Of a stretch of DNA of 64,000 nt, positions 1-10,293 are shown piece after piece. Below the pieces are notes generated by a model. The model was not told the origin of the DNA and searched no databases. It saw only the letters and a program-made list of their open reading frames with translations. The DNA comes from Candidatus Aenigmatarchaeota archaeon (GTDB lineage: Archaea > Aenigmatarchaeota > Aenigmatarchaeia > GW2011-AR5). Positions within the stretch are counted from its first letter, which is position 1. Each line of letters starts with the position of its first letter. The stretch is from positions 19,900 through 83,899 of the forward strand of contig JACPAG010000001.1 of assembly GCA_016180945.1 (NCBI GenBank). The letters run 5' to 3'. Position numbers and translations under genes: made by a program.

Positions 1-111
1 AAAAATTCGAGTGAGATTGAAGAACCACTAAAAATTTTAAAATTCCGTTTTGCAAAGGGTGAAATTTCTAAAAAAGAATACAACCAGATGAAGAAAGAAT
101 TGAATAGTTAA
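1..111 (+). CDS. C-terminal fragment of a SHOCT-like domain protein (5' end outside window)
   Basis: Open frame from the window edge to TAA at 109-111. The tail LKFRFAKGEISKKEYNQMKKELNS resembles the SHOCT short C-terminal motif. Confidence 0.4.
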   Translation, partial: KNSSEIEEPLKILKFRFAKGEISKKEYNQMKKELNS

Positions 112-131
112 TTCACTGGTAACTTTGATAG

Positions 132-575
132 CTACAATTCAAAATCTATATCTTCATAACCCTTAGAACATGCCATGACAAATTCTTTTGTTTCACAGGC
201 AATAGTATCATAACAAGCCATTATTTTAATTCTACTTCCCCCAGGCCAATGCCAATTTGCAGTTTCTTCTAGGTATTCACCCAATTCATTTGATTTATCT
301 TTTTTGATTTCACCTAAATCGATGTTGTTTATTTCGATGTCTGCGACAACAGGTTTTCCGTTATAAGTTACATGACCAGCAATTGGGTATGGGGTATTGC
401 AACTTCTTAGAGAGGATTTTATAGCTTCTGTGGCATTAGGAATGCTCTGCGTAGCAATTATACCTGTATAATATGCACCATACAGCGTTCCTCCCGCTAT
501 GATGGTGGTTAGAATAACTATTGAAATGATATGAAATTTGTCCCATATATCTTTCTGTATCTGATCTTTTGCCAT
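132..575 (-). CDS. hypothetical membrane-anchored protein
   Basis: 147-aa ORF with one N-terminal hydrophobic helix (IISIVILTTIIAGGTLYGAYY). AT-rich. No family recognised. Confidence 0.55.
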   Translation of the reverse strand: MAKDQIQKDIWDKFHIISIVILTTIIAGGTLYGAYYTGIIATQSIPNATEAIKSSLRSCNTPYPIAGHVTYNGKPVVADIEINNIDLGEIKKDKSNELGEYLEETANWHWPGGSRIKIMACYDTIACETKEFVMACSKGYEDIDFEL

Positions 576-812
576 AATTAACTTTCATCAAATAATTATT
601 AATAAAAACTTCGGCTGTCTCATGCGTCATACGCTACGGATTTCTTTCAGAAATCCTTGCCTCACATTCGTTCAGTCGCTGAACAAAGATTTTAAGGTTT
701 CAGAACTCCGTTCTTCCACCCAAATCAGCGCAGGCTGACTTCTTAAAACCTTGAACGTTCTAACAAACATTGCAGATAAAAATCCCTATCCCAATATAGT
801 TAACTGATACCA

Positions 813-3476
813 ATGCCCACAGACAAGGAGATAAAAAATGAGTTCAGAAAAACAGCTAGTGCTGATCCCGACAAGTTTTATGCGACTAGTTTTCTGAAAC
901 AGCAGGGTTTTTCAAGAAAGAAATGCGAAAAATGCGGAATTATGTTCTGGTCTGTTTCCGGCTATGTTTGCGGCAAAGGCGAATGTTCCGGCGGATTCAG
1001 GTTTATAGGTAAACCGAGAAGAAAATTAAGCTACATAGACGTATGGAAAGAATTTTCACGCATATTCAAAAAATTGGGGTATACGCCGATAAGGCGGTAT
1101 CCGGTTGTCGCCCGCTGGCGCGACGATACGGATTTCGTGCAGGCATCCATATATGATTTCCAGCCTTATGTCGTGTCCGGCGAAGTCGAGCCGCCTGCCA
1201 ATCCATTGGTTGTGCCGCAATTCTGTTTGCGTTTTAATGACATAGACAATGTCGGCATTACCGGCTCCCATTATACAGGTTTCGTGATGATAGGCCAGCA
1301 TGCATTCCTGCCTGAAAATTTATGGGACCAGGAGAAAATCTTTTCTGACATTTATGCATGGCTAAGAAAAGGGCTCGGACTCAAAAAAGAAGAGATAACA
1401 TTTCATGAAGATGCCTGGGCAGGCGGCGGCAATTTTGGTCCGTCGATGGAATTTTTTTCAGGCGGCCTTGAAATCGGAAACCAAGTCTATATGCTTTACG
1501 AAAGAACCCCGTCAGGCTACAAGGAACTGAAGCTGAAGGTCTGCGACATGGGGATGGGGCACGAAAGGAATGCATGGTTTTCCTCTGGCACGAATACGAG
1601 CTATGACGTAACATTCCCTGTAGTTATGAAAAAGCTGAAACATATATCAGGCGTTCGTGTTGATGAATCGATTATAAAAAAATTCCTGCCGTTTTCTTCA
1701 AATCTCAACATAGACGAAATCCAGGATATAGATAAAGCATGGAGTTCTATAGCAAAATCTATAGGATGCGATGTAAAAATATTAAAAGAAAATGTATTGG
1801 ATTTGGCGGCGCTGTATTCTGTTGCCGAGCATTCCAGAACCTTATTGGTCGCGCTTAGCGACGGGGCTTTGCCGGGCAACGTCGGCGGCGGCTATAATCT
1901 GCGCACAATTTACAGGCGCGCCCAGAATTTCATAGACAGGTTCGGATGGAAAATGGATATACCGGAAATATGCAGGTGGCATGCCTCGTATCTGAAGCCT
2001 TTGTTCCCGGAGCTGTCAAAAAATTTATCCGGTGTCGGAGAAATACTGAAAGCCGAAGAAGAAAAGTTCATTGCAACAAAAGAGAAATCCCGCCAGATAG
2101 TTGCCGGCATAATAAAGGCGGATATAACAGGTGAGAAATTGCTGGAGCTGTACGACAGTCAGGGAATTGCTCCCGAATTAATAAAGGTGGAGGCTGAAAA
2201 ATTGGGCAGGGTCGTAGTTGTGCCTCAGGATTTCTATGCGCGCGTTTCCGGGCTTCATGAAAAATCCGTTCATGAAGAAAAGAAAACGCTTCCTTTGGAT
2301 GGCATTCCGGAAACAAGGCTCATGTTTTACGAAGACCAGAACAGGAAAGACTTTTCCGCAAAGGTTCTGAAGATAATAGGCAACCATGTAGTCTTGGACA
2401 GCACATATTTCTATCCGCGCGGAGGCGGCCAGGAACCTGACCACGGCCAGATTGGCGGCTGCCATGTCTATAGCGTAGAAAAGTTCGGCAATATCGTAGT
2501 CCATTTTCTGGAAAAGGCCGGTTTCAGGGAAGGGCAAACAGTCAACTGTTCGATAGACTGGGACAGGCGGCAGCAGCTTACGCAACATCACACGGCGGTT
2601 CATATAGTAAACGCTGCCGCCTCAAAAATACTCGGGACGCATGCCTTCCAGGCAGGCGCGAAAAAAGACGTTGACAAGGCCCATATAGACATAACGCATT
2701 ACAAGGCATTAACCGACGAAGAGCTGGAAAAAATAGAAAATGAAGCGAACAAAACAGTAAGGAAAGAACTGAGGGTGAAGAAGACATTTAAACCGAGAGA
2801 AGAGGCGGAAAAAAATTACGGCTTTGACATCTATCAGGGCGGCGCTGTACCCGGAAAGAGGATACGGATTGTCGAAATAAGCAATACGGATGTAGAGGCA
2901 TGCGGCGGCACGCATCTTGATAATACAAAAGACGCCGGAAGAATAATTCTCACAAAATCTGACCGCATACAGGATGGCATCGTAAGGATAGAGCTCGTGG
3001 CAGGGAAAGCCGCAGAAGAGTTTTCTGTCAAAGACCACAACGTTCTTCTGGAATGCCTGTCTATATTGAATGCTACTGAAAAGACGGCGCTAAAGAAGGC
3101 GGAAGAGCTGTTCAGAAAATGGAAGGCATCAAGAAAAAAATCATACGGTGATATCATAGAAGACTTCAAAAGCCAGTTTGTAAACAATGTCCTGATAAAA
3201 AAATTAAAAGACGTTGGAATGAAAGAACTGCAGGAGATTTCCAGGGCGCTGTCGACGGACAGGACAGTAATAGTATTCTTCTCCGTCAGCGACAAGATCT
3301 ATGTCTTCTGTTCCGCCGGTGGCCAGACAAAAACAAACGCCGGAGAACTGGCAAAGAGGTTGTGCACAGAACTGGACGGCAAGGGTGGCGGCACAAAAAC
3401 CATCGGCCAGGGACTTGGGAGCGACAAGGAAAAGGTTGACGGGCTGATAAAGAAACTGCGCGGGGAGTTTATATGA
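813..3476 (+). CDS. alaS: alanyl-tRNA synthetase, archaeal type
   Basis: 887-aa ORF. Class II catalytic core (FQPYVVSGEVEPPANPLVVPQFCLRFNDIDNVG). Editing-domain HxxxH (HHTAVHIV) and CGGTH motifs. C-terminal GKGGGTK tail. Confidence 0.95.
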   Translation: MPTDKEIKNEFRKTASADPDKFYATSFLKQQGFSRKKCEKCGIMFWSVSGYVCGKGECSGGFRFIGKPRRKLSYIDVWKEFSRIFKKLGYTPIRRYPVVARWRDDTDFVQASIYDFQPYVVSGEVEPPANPLVVPQFCLRFNDIDNVGITGSHYTGFVMIGQHAFLPENLWDQEKIFSDIYAWLRKGLGLKKEEITFHEDAWAGGGNFGPSMEFFSGGLEIGNQVYMLYERTPSGYKELKLKVCDMGMGHERNAWFSSGTNTSYDVTFPVVMKKLKHISGVRVDESIIKKFLPFSSNLNIDEIQDIDKAWSSIAKSIGCDVKILKENVLDLAALYSVAEHSRTLLVALSDGALPGNVGGGYNLRTIYRRAQNFIDRFGWKMDIPEICRWHASYLKPLFPELSKNLSGVGEILKAEEEKFIATKEKSRQIVAGIIKADITGEKLLELYDSQGIAPELIKVEAEKLGRVVVVPQDFYARVSGLHEKSVHEEKKTLPLDGIPETRLMFYEDQNRKDFSAKVLKIIGNHVVLDSTYFYPRGGGQEPDHGQIGGCHVYSVEKFGNIVVHFLEKAGFREGQTVNCSIDWDRRQQLTQHHTAVHIVNAAASKILGTHAFQAGAKKDVDKAHIDITHYKALTDEELEKIENEANKTVRKELRVKKTFKPREEAEKNYGFDIYQGGAVPGKRIRIVEISNTDVEACGGTHLDNTKDAGRIILTKSDRIQDGIVRIELVAGKAAEEFSVKDHNVLLECLSILNATEKTALKKAEELFRKWKASRKKSYGDIIEDFKSQFVNNVLIKKLKDVGMKELQEISRALSTDRTVIVFFSVSDKIYVFCSAGGQTKTNAGELAKRLCTELDGKGGGTKTIGQGLGSDKEKVDGLIKKLRGEFI

Positions 3477-3589
3477 ATGAACGTATTTTACTGCGCAAGA
3501 TGGGCCGGATTGTGAGGGTTGATATAGCCGACCTACCGAAGACGCTGGCCAGATTCAAAAAGGAGATAGAAGAAGCGGAAAAGAGATGA
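3473..3589 (+). CDS. possible 38-aa small ORF coupled to the alaS stop (ATGA overlap)
   Basis: ATG at 3473 overlaps the alaS TGA. Encodes MNERILLRKMGRIVRVDIADLPKTLARFKKEIEEAEKR. It fills the gap to the next gene exactly. No homology recognised. Confidence 0.2.
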   Translation: MNERILLRKMGRIVRVDIADLPKTLARFKKEIEEAEKR

Positions 3590-3590
3590 G

Positions 3591-4031
3591 TTATCCCGTC
3601 CTGTTCAAAAGTCCGCATTCTACCGGCGTTATTGTCAGAAGTCTGCATAAAGACAAAAATATGCTGCTCCTTGTTATATTTCTCAGCTCTTCTTGGTTAT
3701 TGCGGTTATTTATAACAAGAAAAGTTTCTTTGCCGGGTATTTTCTGCACTATCAGCTGAACCTGGTTTGTGTTAGTCATTGTTAGTTCAGGCAGCTGATT
3801 AACGTAATCAATGAGATTCGTGTCATTATAGAAGAATTTTAACGACGTAAAGCCGTTCTGGACGTAAACAGATTCCGTTTTTGCGTCAAGCTCGCCGTCG
3901 ATGACAAAATTTTCCAGCGGCCTGAATTCTTCTACCGGCACTGATGAGGTGAAAAAGAACGCCAACGAAGAGAACGAGAACGTGAATATTATGAAGGCGA
4001 CCATGATTTTTTGCTGCGTCGATTTTCTCAT
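3591..4031 (-). CDS. hypothetical exported/membrane-anchored protein
   Basis: 146-aa ORF with an N-terminal signal/anchor (IMVAFIIFTFSFSSLAFFF). Confidence 0.55.
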   Translation of the reverse strand: MRKSTQQKIMVAFIIFTFSFSSLAFFFTSSVPVEEFRPLENFVIDGELDAKTESVYVQNGFTSLKFFYNDTNLIDYVNQLPELTMTNTNQVQLIVQKIPGKETFLVINNRNNQEELRNITRSSIFLSLCRLLTITPVECGLLNRTG

Positions 4032-4063
4032 TTATTCACCTGTTAAGTTTATCGATGAAATAA

Positions 4064-5521
4064 CTATAGATTCATTCCTTTTTCTCTAGACCAATAAAAT
4101 TTACCTTCACGTTTCATCAATACTCCTTTCTCCCAAGCTTCAAGTACTATTTTTCTTGCTTTTTCTGGAGAGTAATTTAGATGCGAGGCAATAATTTCTA
4201 TAAAACCGTCTTCGGTTCGATCAGTTTGCCCTAGCAAAAGGAAAATTCTTCTATCAAGCTTCTTTATAGTTTCTTCTGCTATAGTGTATGGCCGGTTCTT
4301 TGAGCGCATTAAGAAAAGTGAGTTGGCTAATTTCTCGCCAAATGTCATAGCGTTCCCTTCTACCCACTTTTTTATGAAATTTGAGAGTTGTTTTTCATCA
4401 AATCCAAATTTTGAGTAAAACGATCCTACATTATAAACGCATACTGGTATCAATTCGGGATTTATGACCGAATATACTAAATCTTTAGGGTCTTTGCCTA
4501 GCCAGTTATTGAGTTCTTTCTCGGCTGTTTTTAGCAACAATTTATGAATTTCACTATTAATGTTAACTGTACCGCAACGGATTGAGTATTCTGCAAGAGA
4601 AATACGGAAATCTATATTCCTTGCTACATCACGTGCTGTATAGCCTGAGAGAAAAGGCGCATCATATTTGAAATCAGCCCTATAATTAATGTCACTTTTA
4701 CTTAATTCAGTAGGCAAATTCCATGATATGTTACGACAATTACTTAACACGTATTTTCTTTTTTGGAGTAATGTTTCTACATCCCCGTTTATATATGAAA
4801 TATTACCAAAATGTGAAGGCGGTATTCCAATAGACTCTATAGCCCTATGTAATTTTATTAGGTCTTTCTTTATCTCAGTATCAACAGGGTACAAAGCCCC
4901 TATCCCTCCTGCAATACCGTTTACAGGTTGAGTTCCAATAAAGGTAGCAAGTAAGGTGTCTTTGATATATGAATCTGCCCCAAACCCAGAAAAAGACGGC
5001 ATAAATTCGCTAAGACCTTTTCTCATATATCGAAGAGAAAGCGGTCTCTCGGAAATTTGTGTAGCACTAAGAAACGTTTCTTCTATAGATTCGATGTAAA
5101 ATATCTGAAGGTAGTTCGTCTCGATTATTTTTCTTAATTTAATTTTAAAAGGTAAATCTAAAAATGATTTGTGAAGAGAATCGGATATTGCAATGTAAAC
5201 TGATTCCAATGGTAGATTTGCCGGATCCGAATATAAGGTATACGCGTGTGAATTTTTAATATCAACGCCGCTCTTTTCAAGCTTGTCTTTTAAAATTCTA
5301 GGCAATGATTCTGTCCGCATTTTAAGGTAAGCTATTATTTCGCAAGAACTATTTTCTGCTGTAGAATTTAGAGTACTCACCATTTGTTTGCATAGTTTAA
5401 CATGAAACGGTATCGTCTGGAAGCTATTGCCAATTTTATTTGGATATATAGGTATATCATGTACAGGTATTCTACGATTTAATTTCTGAAGAATTTCTTC
5501 GATAGAATTTCCATTTAACAT
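4064..5521 (-). CDS. 485-aa orphan protein in an AT-rich island, possible C-terminal winged-helix
   Basis: Long uninterrupted ORF. A sampled line is about 32% GC versus about 50% in flanking alaS/carA. No catalytic motif recognised. The C-terminal GFIEIIASHLNYSPEKARKIVLEAWEKGVLMKREGKFYW looks wHTH-like. Confidence 0.6.
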   Translation of the reverse strand: MLNGNSIEEILQKLNRRIPVHDIPIYPNKIGNSFQTIPFHVKLCKQMVSTLNSTAENSSCEIIAYLKMRTESLPRILKDKLEKSGVDIKNSHAYTLYSDPANLPLESVYIAISDSLHKSFLDLPFKIKLRKIIETNYLQIFYIESIEETFLSATQISERPLSLRYMRKGLSEFMPSFSGFGADSYIKDTLLATFIGTQPVNGIAGGIGALYPVDTEIKKDLIKLHRAIESIGIPPSHFGNISYINGDVETLLQKRKYVLSNCRNISWNLPTELSKSDINYRADFKYDAPFLSGYTARDVARNIDFRISLAEYSIRCGTVNINSEIHKLLLKTAEKELNNWLGKDPKDLVYSVINPELIPVCVYNVGSFYSKFGFDEKQLSNFIKKWVEGNAMTFGEKLANSLFLMRSKNRPYTIAEETIKKLDRRIFLLLGQTDRTEDGFIEIIASHLNYSPEKARKIVLEAWEKGVLMKREGKFYWSREKGMNL

Positions 5522-5655
5522 TGAAAATATTGTGCAAGTAAATGTATTTAACTATAGTCCAAACTATACCCCCCCTACTTCCGATGTTTCCAATGGAAGT
5601 GTATAAGTCTTTTTATATGTTTCCATGTAATTGATAGAGGGTTTCATTGGCTGCC

Positions 5656-6702
5656 ATGTTAGTTCTTGAGGACGGCACTGTTTTTTACGGAAAGCCTTTT
5701 GGCGCTTCAAAGGCGGTTTCTGGAGAGGTAGTTTTCAATACAGGCATGGTTGGCTATACGGAAGCCATAACAGACCCCTCTTATAAGGGCCAGATTTTAT
5801 GCCAGACATACCCGTTGATAGGCAATTACGGCGTTTCCGAAGACGATTTCGAGTCTGATTCTCCAAAAATAGAAGGGTATATAGTAAGCGAAATCTGCAA
5901 AAAACCGAACCACAGGACGGCGCAAAAATCTCTGGACAGTTTTCTGGCAGAGCACGGTGTTCCCGGCATAGCCGGCATAGACACGCGCGCGCTTACAAAA
6001 AAGCTGCGCATGAAAGGCGTTATGCTTGGCGTTCTTTCAACTGAAGACGGGACTGCGCCAGAAACAAAAATACCTGACCCGAACGAGACTGACCTTGTTG
6101 AAAAAGTCACTATAAGCAAACCTATATTCTATGAAAATGCAGGCAAAACCGTCGTCGTGATGGACTGCGGCGTTAAAATGAATATAATACGCTCTTTGCT
6201 GGAAAGAAAACTGAATGTGATAAGAGTCCCGGCGTCGTATGCAGCAGACAGGATAATGGAACTGAAGCCGGATGGCATACTGATTTCCAACGGTCCTGGC
6301 GACCCGAAAAAAGTGGATTACGTCATTGAAGCAACAAGGCAACTCATAGAATACAAGATGCCCGTCTTTGGAATATGCCTCGGCATCCAGATTCTTGCTC
6401 TAGCAATGGGCGGAAATACGTACAAGCTCAAGTTCGGTCATCGTGGACAAAACCATACGTGCATGGATTTGAAAACAAAGAGGTGCTACATAACATCGCA
6501 AAATCATGGGTATGCTGTTGATGCGGCTTCGCTCAACGACTGTGAAATCACTTTTCTCAACGTTAACGACAAGACAGTCGAAGGAATAGAACACAAATCA
6601 CTTCCTGTCTTCGGTGTTCAATTTCATCCAGAAGCCGCGCCAGGCCCTACGGACACGAAATTTCTTTTTGATAAATTTGTGAAGATGATGAACAATGAAT
6701 AA
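5656..6702 (+). CDS. carA: carbamoyl-phosphate synthase small (glutaminase) subunit
   Basis: MLVLEDGTVFYGKPFG N-terminus. Class I GATase triad context (PVFGICLGIQILA, FGVQFHPEA). ATG at 5656 preferred over the TTG at 5647. Confidence 0.93.
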   Translation: MLVLEDGTVFYGKPFGASKAVSGEVVFNTGMVGYTEAITDPSYKGQILCQTYPLIGNYGVSEDDFESDSPKIEGYIVSEICKKPNHRTAQKSLDSFLAEHGVPGIAGIDTRALTKKLRMKGVMLGVLSTEDGTAPETKIPDPNETDLVEKVTISKPIFYENAGKTVVVMDCGVKMNIIRSLLERKLNVIRVPASYAADRIMELKPDGILISNGPGDPKKVDYVIEATRQLIEYKMPVFGICLGIQILALAMGGNTYKLKFGHRGQNHTCMDLKTKRCYITSQNHGYAVDAASLNDCEITFLNVNDKTVEGIEHKSLPVFGVQFHPEAAPGPTDTKFLFDKFVKMMNNE

Positions 6703-6703
6703 T

Positions 6704-6736
6704 ATGGCGATCGACTTGCGAAGCAAGGGGATAATG
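6704..6736 (+). promoter_or_regulatory. leader module B (ATGGCGATCGAC + hairpin CTTGC-GAA-GCAAG + GGGATA + ATG) filling the carA-carB gap
   Basis: Starts 1 nt after the carA TAA and ends on the carB ATG (6734). Member of the recurrent family described in findings. Confidence 0.7.
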
Positions 6737-9700
6737 AATGAAATCAAGAAAGTCCTGATACTGGGCAGCGGTGCAATCACTATTGGCCAGGCGGGAGAAT
6801 TTGATTATAGTGGCGCTCAAGCCATAAAGGCGTTCAGGGAAGACGGGATAAAAACCGTTTTAGTCAACCCTAACATAGCTACTATACAGACAGACGAAAA
6901 ATTTGTAGACAAGGTTTATTTTCTGCCTGTCAAGGGCGAGTTTGTTGAGCAGATAATCGCCAAAGAAAGGCCGCAGGGAATCTTATTGGGATTCGGCGGC
7001 CAGACAGCGCTGAACTGCGGCCTGGAGTTGCACGAGAAGGGTGTGCTGGAAAAATATGATGTAAGGGTTCTGGGAACGAACATAGAAAGCATAATAAAAG
7101 CCGGCAACAGGCAGGAGTTCAAAAAACTCATGGAATCTAACGGCATCCAAATACCAAAGAGCGCTTCTGCTTTTTCCATAGACGAGGCGGCAGAAATAGC
7201 AAACACTATTGGTTATCCCGTCATGGTGAGGGTTGCTTACACCCTTGGCGGTCAGGGAACGGGCGTCGCGTACAACGATTCACAACTGAAAGAGATTGCG
7301 TCCCGTGGGTTGACGCACAGCAGGATTCATCAGATACTTGTGGAAGAGTACCTGCATAAGTGGAAGGAGGTCGAGTACGAGGTTATGCGGGACCGCGAGG
7401 ACAATTGCATAATTATTTGCAACATGGAGAACTTCGACCCCATGGGAATCCATACCGGTGAGAGCATCGTCGTTGCGCCGTCACAAACTCTGACGAACAA
7501 GGAATACCATAAGCTTCGGGAAATGTCTTTCAGGGTTATTCGCTCCTTAGGAATAGTAGGCGAATGCAATATCCAGTATGCGATCAACCCGAAAAACGGC
7601 GACATACGCGTCATCGAAGTCAACTCGCGTCTGTCAAGAAGCTCTGCGCTGGCCAGTAAAGCGACAGGTTATCCGATTGCGTACATAGCTGCAAAATTAT
7701 CTATGGGCTATGCGTTGCCGGAGCTGGCGAACAAAGTCACGAAAGTAACAACAGCCTGTTTCGAACCGGCGCTGGATTATGTTGTTGTGAAAATTCCAAG
7801 GTGGGATTTCCAGAAATTCCGCCGCGCTAACAGGAATCTCGGCACGCAGATGAAATCCATAGGAGAGGTCATGTCCATAGGCCGCAATTTCGAAGAGGCG
7901 CTGCAGAAAGCTGTCAGGATGCTGGACATAGGCCGTGAACTCACGGATGATATAGAAGGCGGCGTCCAAAGAACAAAGGACGAACTTGTGCATCCGACGG
8001 ACAAAAGAATATTTTATATTGCCGGGGCGCTGAAGAATTTTTCTGTCGCCGAGGTCGGCGAATTAACGGGCATAGACGAGTGGTTCATTCACAAGATAAA
8101 GAACATCGTGGATATAGAAGAGAAAATAAAATCGTCTTTTACAACTGATGTCCTTAAGGAAGCAAAAAAACACGGATTTTCTGACAGAAAGATAGGAGAA
8201 CTGGCAGGAAGGGGCGAAGAATCTATAAGGGCGCTCCGGAAAAAGCATGGCATAATTCCTGTTGCCAAACATATAGACACGATGGCCGCGGAATGGCCCG
8301 CAAAAACAAATTACTTGTATCTTACCTATGGAGACGAGGACGACATAGAGTTTGAAAAAAAGAAAAAAGTCATTGTCCTCGGCTCAGGATGCTATCGTAT
8401 CGGCTCCAGTGTCGAGTTTGACTGGTGCTGTGTAAACCTGGCTATGGCATTAAAGAAAGATGCTGATGAGGTGGTAATGATAAATTACAACCCGGAAACC
8501 GTATCAACGGACTACGATATCCTGGACAAGCTTTATTTCGAGGAACTTTCTCTTGAGCGCATAAGGGATATAATAGAAAAAGAGAACCCTCTGGGCGTCG
8601 TCGTTTCAGTGGGCGGCCAGATACCAAATAACCTTGCGCTAAAGCTTTCTGAATTCGCGCACATACTGGGGACGTCAGCAGAAACTATAGACGCCGCTGA
8701 AGACCGCTCTAAATTTTCTTCCCTGCTCGACAATCTGGGAATAAGCCAGCCGTGGTGGAACAAATTTACGGACTTTCAGGAGGCAAAAAAATTTGCAGGC
8801 AGAATAGGATATCCTGTGCTGATACGCCCTTCATACGTCTTGTCGGGGGCCGCCATGAAAGTCGTATTTAATGAAAACGACCTGGAACACTTTCTAAAGT
8901 CGGCGGCAGAAATTTCCAGCAGCGGCGTTGTTATATCAAAATTCTTTTCAGACTCGCGCGAGATAGAAGTAGACGCGGTCAGCGACGGAAAGAATGTTTT
9001 CATAGGCGCAATTATAGAGCATGTGGAGAATGCAGGCATCCATTCCGGCGATGCCACGCTGGTCATACCTGCTTTTAGCATAACAGAAGATGAGAAGAAA
9101 AAAATAATAGAAGCGACGAAAAAGCTTTCTCATAGCCTTCACATCATTGGACCTTTCAATGTCCAGTACCTGGTTAAGAACGGCGGGATTTTTGTGATAG
9201 AATGCAACATACGCGCGTCAAGAAGCATGCCGTTCGTTTCAAAGGCCATAGGAATAAATCTGATGGAACTGGCGGCCGCGGCTATTATGGGAAAACGCAT
9301 AGATAAAAAAGAGGTTTCCCCGGATATTTTTGCTGTGAAGGTCCCGCAGTTTTCTTTCATGCGCCTTGAGGGCGCGGACCCTGTGACAGGCGTTGAAATG
9401 GTTTCTACAGGCGAAGTCGCCTGCTTTGGCAAAACCCTTGAAGAGGCTTTCGTAAAAGCCCTTATATCGTCCGGCCTTGAAATACCGAAACCCGGTGATG
9501 ACATACTGATAACAGTAAGCAAAAAAGAAAAAATAATCGACAATGCAAAAATCCTTTCAAAAAGGTTCAAAATAAACGCGACAGAACATACGGCAGAGGA
9601 GCTTGTAAAAAACGGCGTCGACTGCAGGATGCTTTACAAGGTAACTGAAAACAGGCAGCCGAACATACTTGATTACCTGGTGGAAAAAAAACTGAAGCTG

Positions 9701-9895
9701 GTGATAAATATAATAAACAGCCATGCTGAAGAACAGATTCTTGAAGACGAATACCTGATACGAAGAAAAGCAGTTGAATACGGCATTCCCGTCATCACAA
9801 ATTTCGAGCTTTTCGAAATGCTGACCAATGCCATAACGCGCGACATAAAAATCGAGGACATGATTGAGTTTTCTGGGGAGAAATGGCTGAGGTAA
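6734..9895 (+). CDS. carB: carbamoyl-phosphate synthase large subunit
   Basis: Duplicated ATP-grasp halves (GSGAITIGQAGEFDYSG and GSGCYRIGSSVEFDW) plus a C-terminal MGS-like domain. The start MNEIKKVLILGSG is typical. Confidence 0.95.
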   Translation: MNEIKKVLILGSGAITIGQAGEFDYSGAQAIKAFREDGIKTVLVNPNIATIQTDEKFVDKVYFLPVKGEFVEQIIAKERPQGILLGFGGQTALNCGLELHEKGVLEKYDVRVLGTNIESIIKAGNRQEFKKLMESNGIQIPKSASAFSIDEAAEIANTIGYPVMVRVAYTLGGQGTGVAYNDSQLKEIASRGLTHSRIHQILVEEYLHKWKEVEYEVMRDREDNCIIICNMENFDPMGIHTGESIVVAPSQTLTNKEYHKLREMSFRVIRSLGIVGECNIQYAINPKNGDIRVIEVNSRLSRSSALASKATGYPIAYIAAKLSMGYALPELANKVTKVTTACFEPALDYVVVKIPRWDFQKFRRANRNLGTQMKSIGEVMSIGRNFEEALQKAVRMLDIGRELTDDIEGGVQRTKDELVHPTDKRIFYIAGALKNFSVAEVGELTGIDEWFIHKIKNIVDIEEKIKSSFTTDVLKEAKKHGFSDRKIGELAGRGEESIRALRKKHGIIPVAKHIDTMAAEWPAKTNYLYLTYGDEDDIEFEKKKKVIVLGSGCYRIGSSVEFDWCCVNLAMALKKDADEVVMINYNPETVSTDYDILDKLYFEELSLERIRDIIEKENPLGVVVSVGGQIPNNLALKLSEFAHILGTSAETIDAAEDRSKFSSLLDNLGISQPWWNKFTDFQEAKKFAGRIGYPVLIRPSYVLSGAAMKVVFNENDLEHFLKSAAEISSSGVVISKFFSDSREIEVDAVSDGKNVFIGAIIEHVENAGIHSGDATLVIPAFSITEDEKKKIIEATKKLSHSLHIIGPFNVQYLVKNGGIFVIECNIRASRSMPFVSKAIGINLMELAAAAIMGKRIDKKEVSPDIFAVKVPQFSFMRLEGADPVTGVEMVSTGEVACFGKTLEEAFVKALISSGLEIPKPGDDILITVSKKEKIIDNAKILSKRFKINATEHTAEELVKNGVDCRMLYKVTENRQPNILDYLVEKKLKLVINIINSHAEEQILEDEYLIRRKAVEYGIPVITNFELFEMLTNAITRDIKIEDMIEFSGEKWLR

Positions 9896-9899
9896 TACA

Positions 9900-10292
9900 T
9901 TATCTTGTTTGTTTACTGCTTTTCCAAATGCAAAACCCTAAAGCAATAGGAAAGAAACTTATCGGTAGAGTCAAAATATCTTTTATCGCAGAAGTAAAAA
10001 GGAAAAATCCAGAAAGATATACAACTCCGATGGCGATGAGAATTATTCCTAATAGCTTGGATTTTATAAATTTGCCTCTAAATTGATAGATTTTATACGT
10101 TCCGATAGACAAGAAAACCCAGAAAATAAAGGAATATGCAAACTGCATATTTGGATTAGTTTTTATTTGTTCCCAGATAATGTTGGCAAAAATATTTCCC
10201 AGAAATCCAAAAATTCCGCCTAAAACCACACCATAGAAAAATAATGCTCTGTCTTCTAAATCTTTGTACTGCTTTCTTTTACTTTTTACCAT
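9900..10292 (-). CDS. small integral membrane protein (about 4 TM)
   Basis: Starts at MVKSKRKQYK. The longer ORF-track version would run through the tRNA gene. Hydrophobic segments throughout. Confidence 0.6.
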   Translation of the reverse strand: MVKSKRKQYKDLEDRALFFYGVVLGGIFGFLGNIFANIIWEQIKTNPNMQFAYSFIFWVFLSIGTYKIYQFRGKFIKSKLLGIILIAIGVVYLSGFFLFTSAIKDILTLPISFFPIALGFCIWKSSKQTR

Positions 10293-10293
10293 A

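Noticed and set aside
6704-6736. Kink-turn (L7Ae-binding) reading of the leader hairpin, prompted by GA dinucleotides on both flanks (TCGAC ... GGGGA)
   Set aside because: With the stem as drawn, the bulge would be 2 nt rather than 3. The histone copy (16808) lacks the 3' GA, and several copies have GGGAG. The motif does not fit the K-turn consensus consistently.
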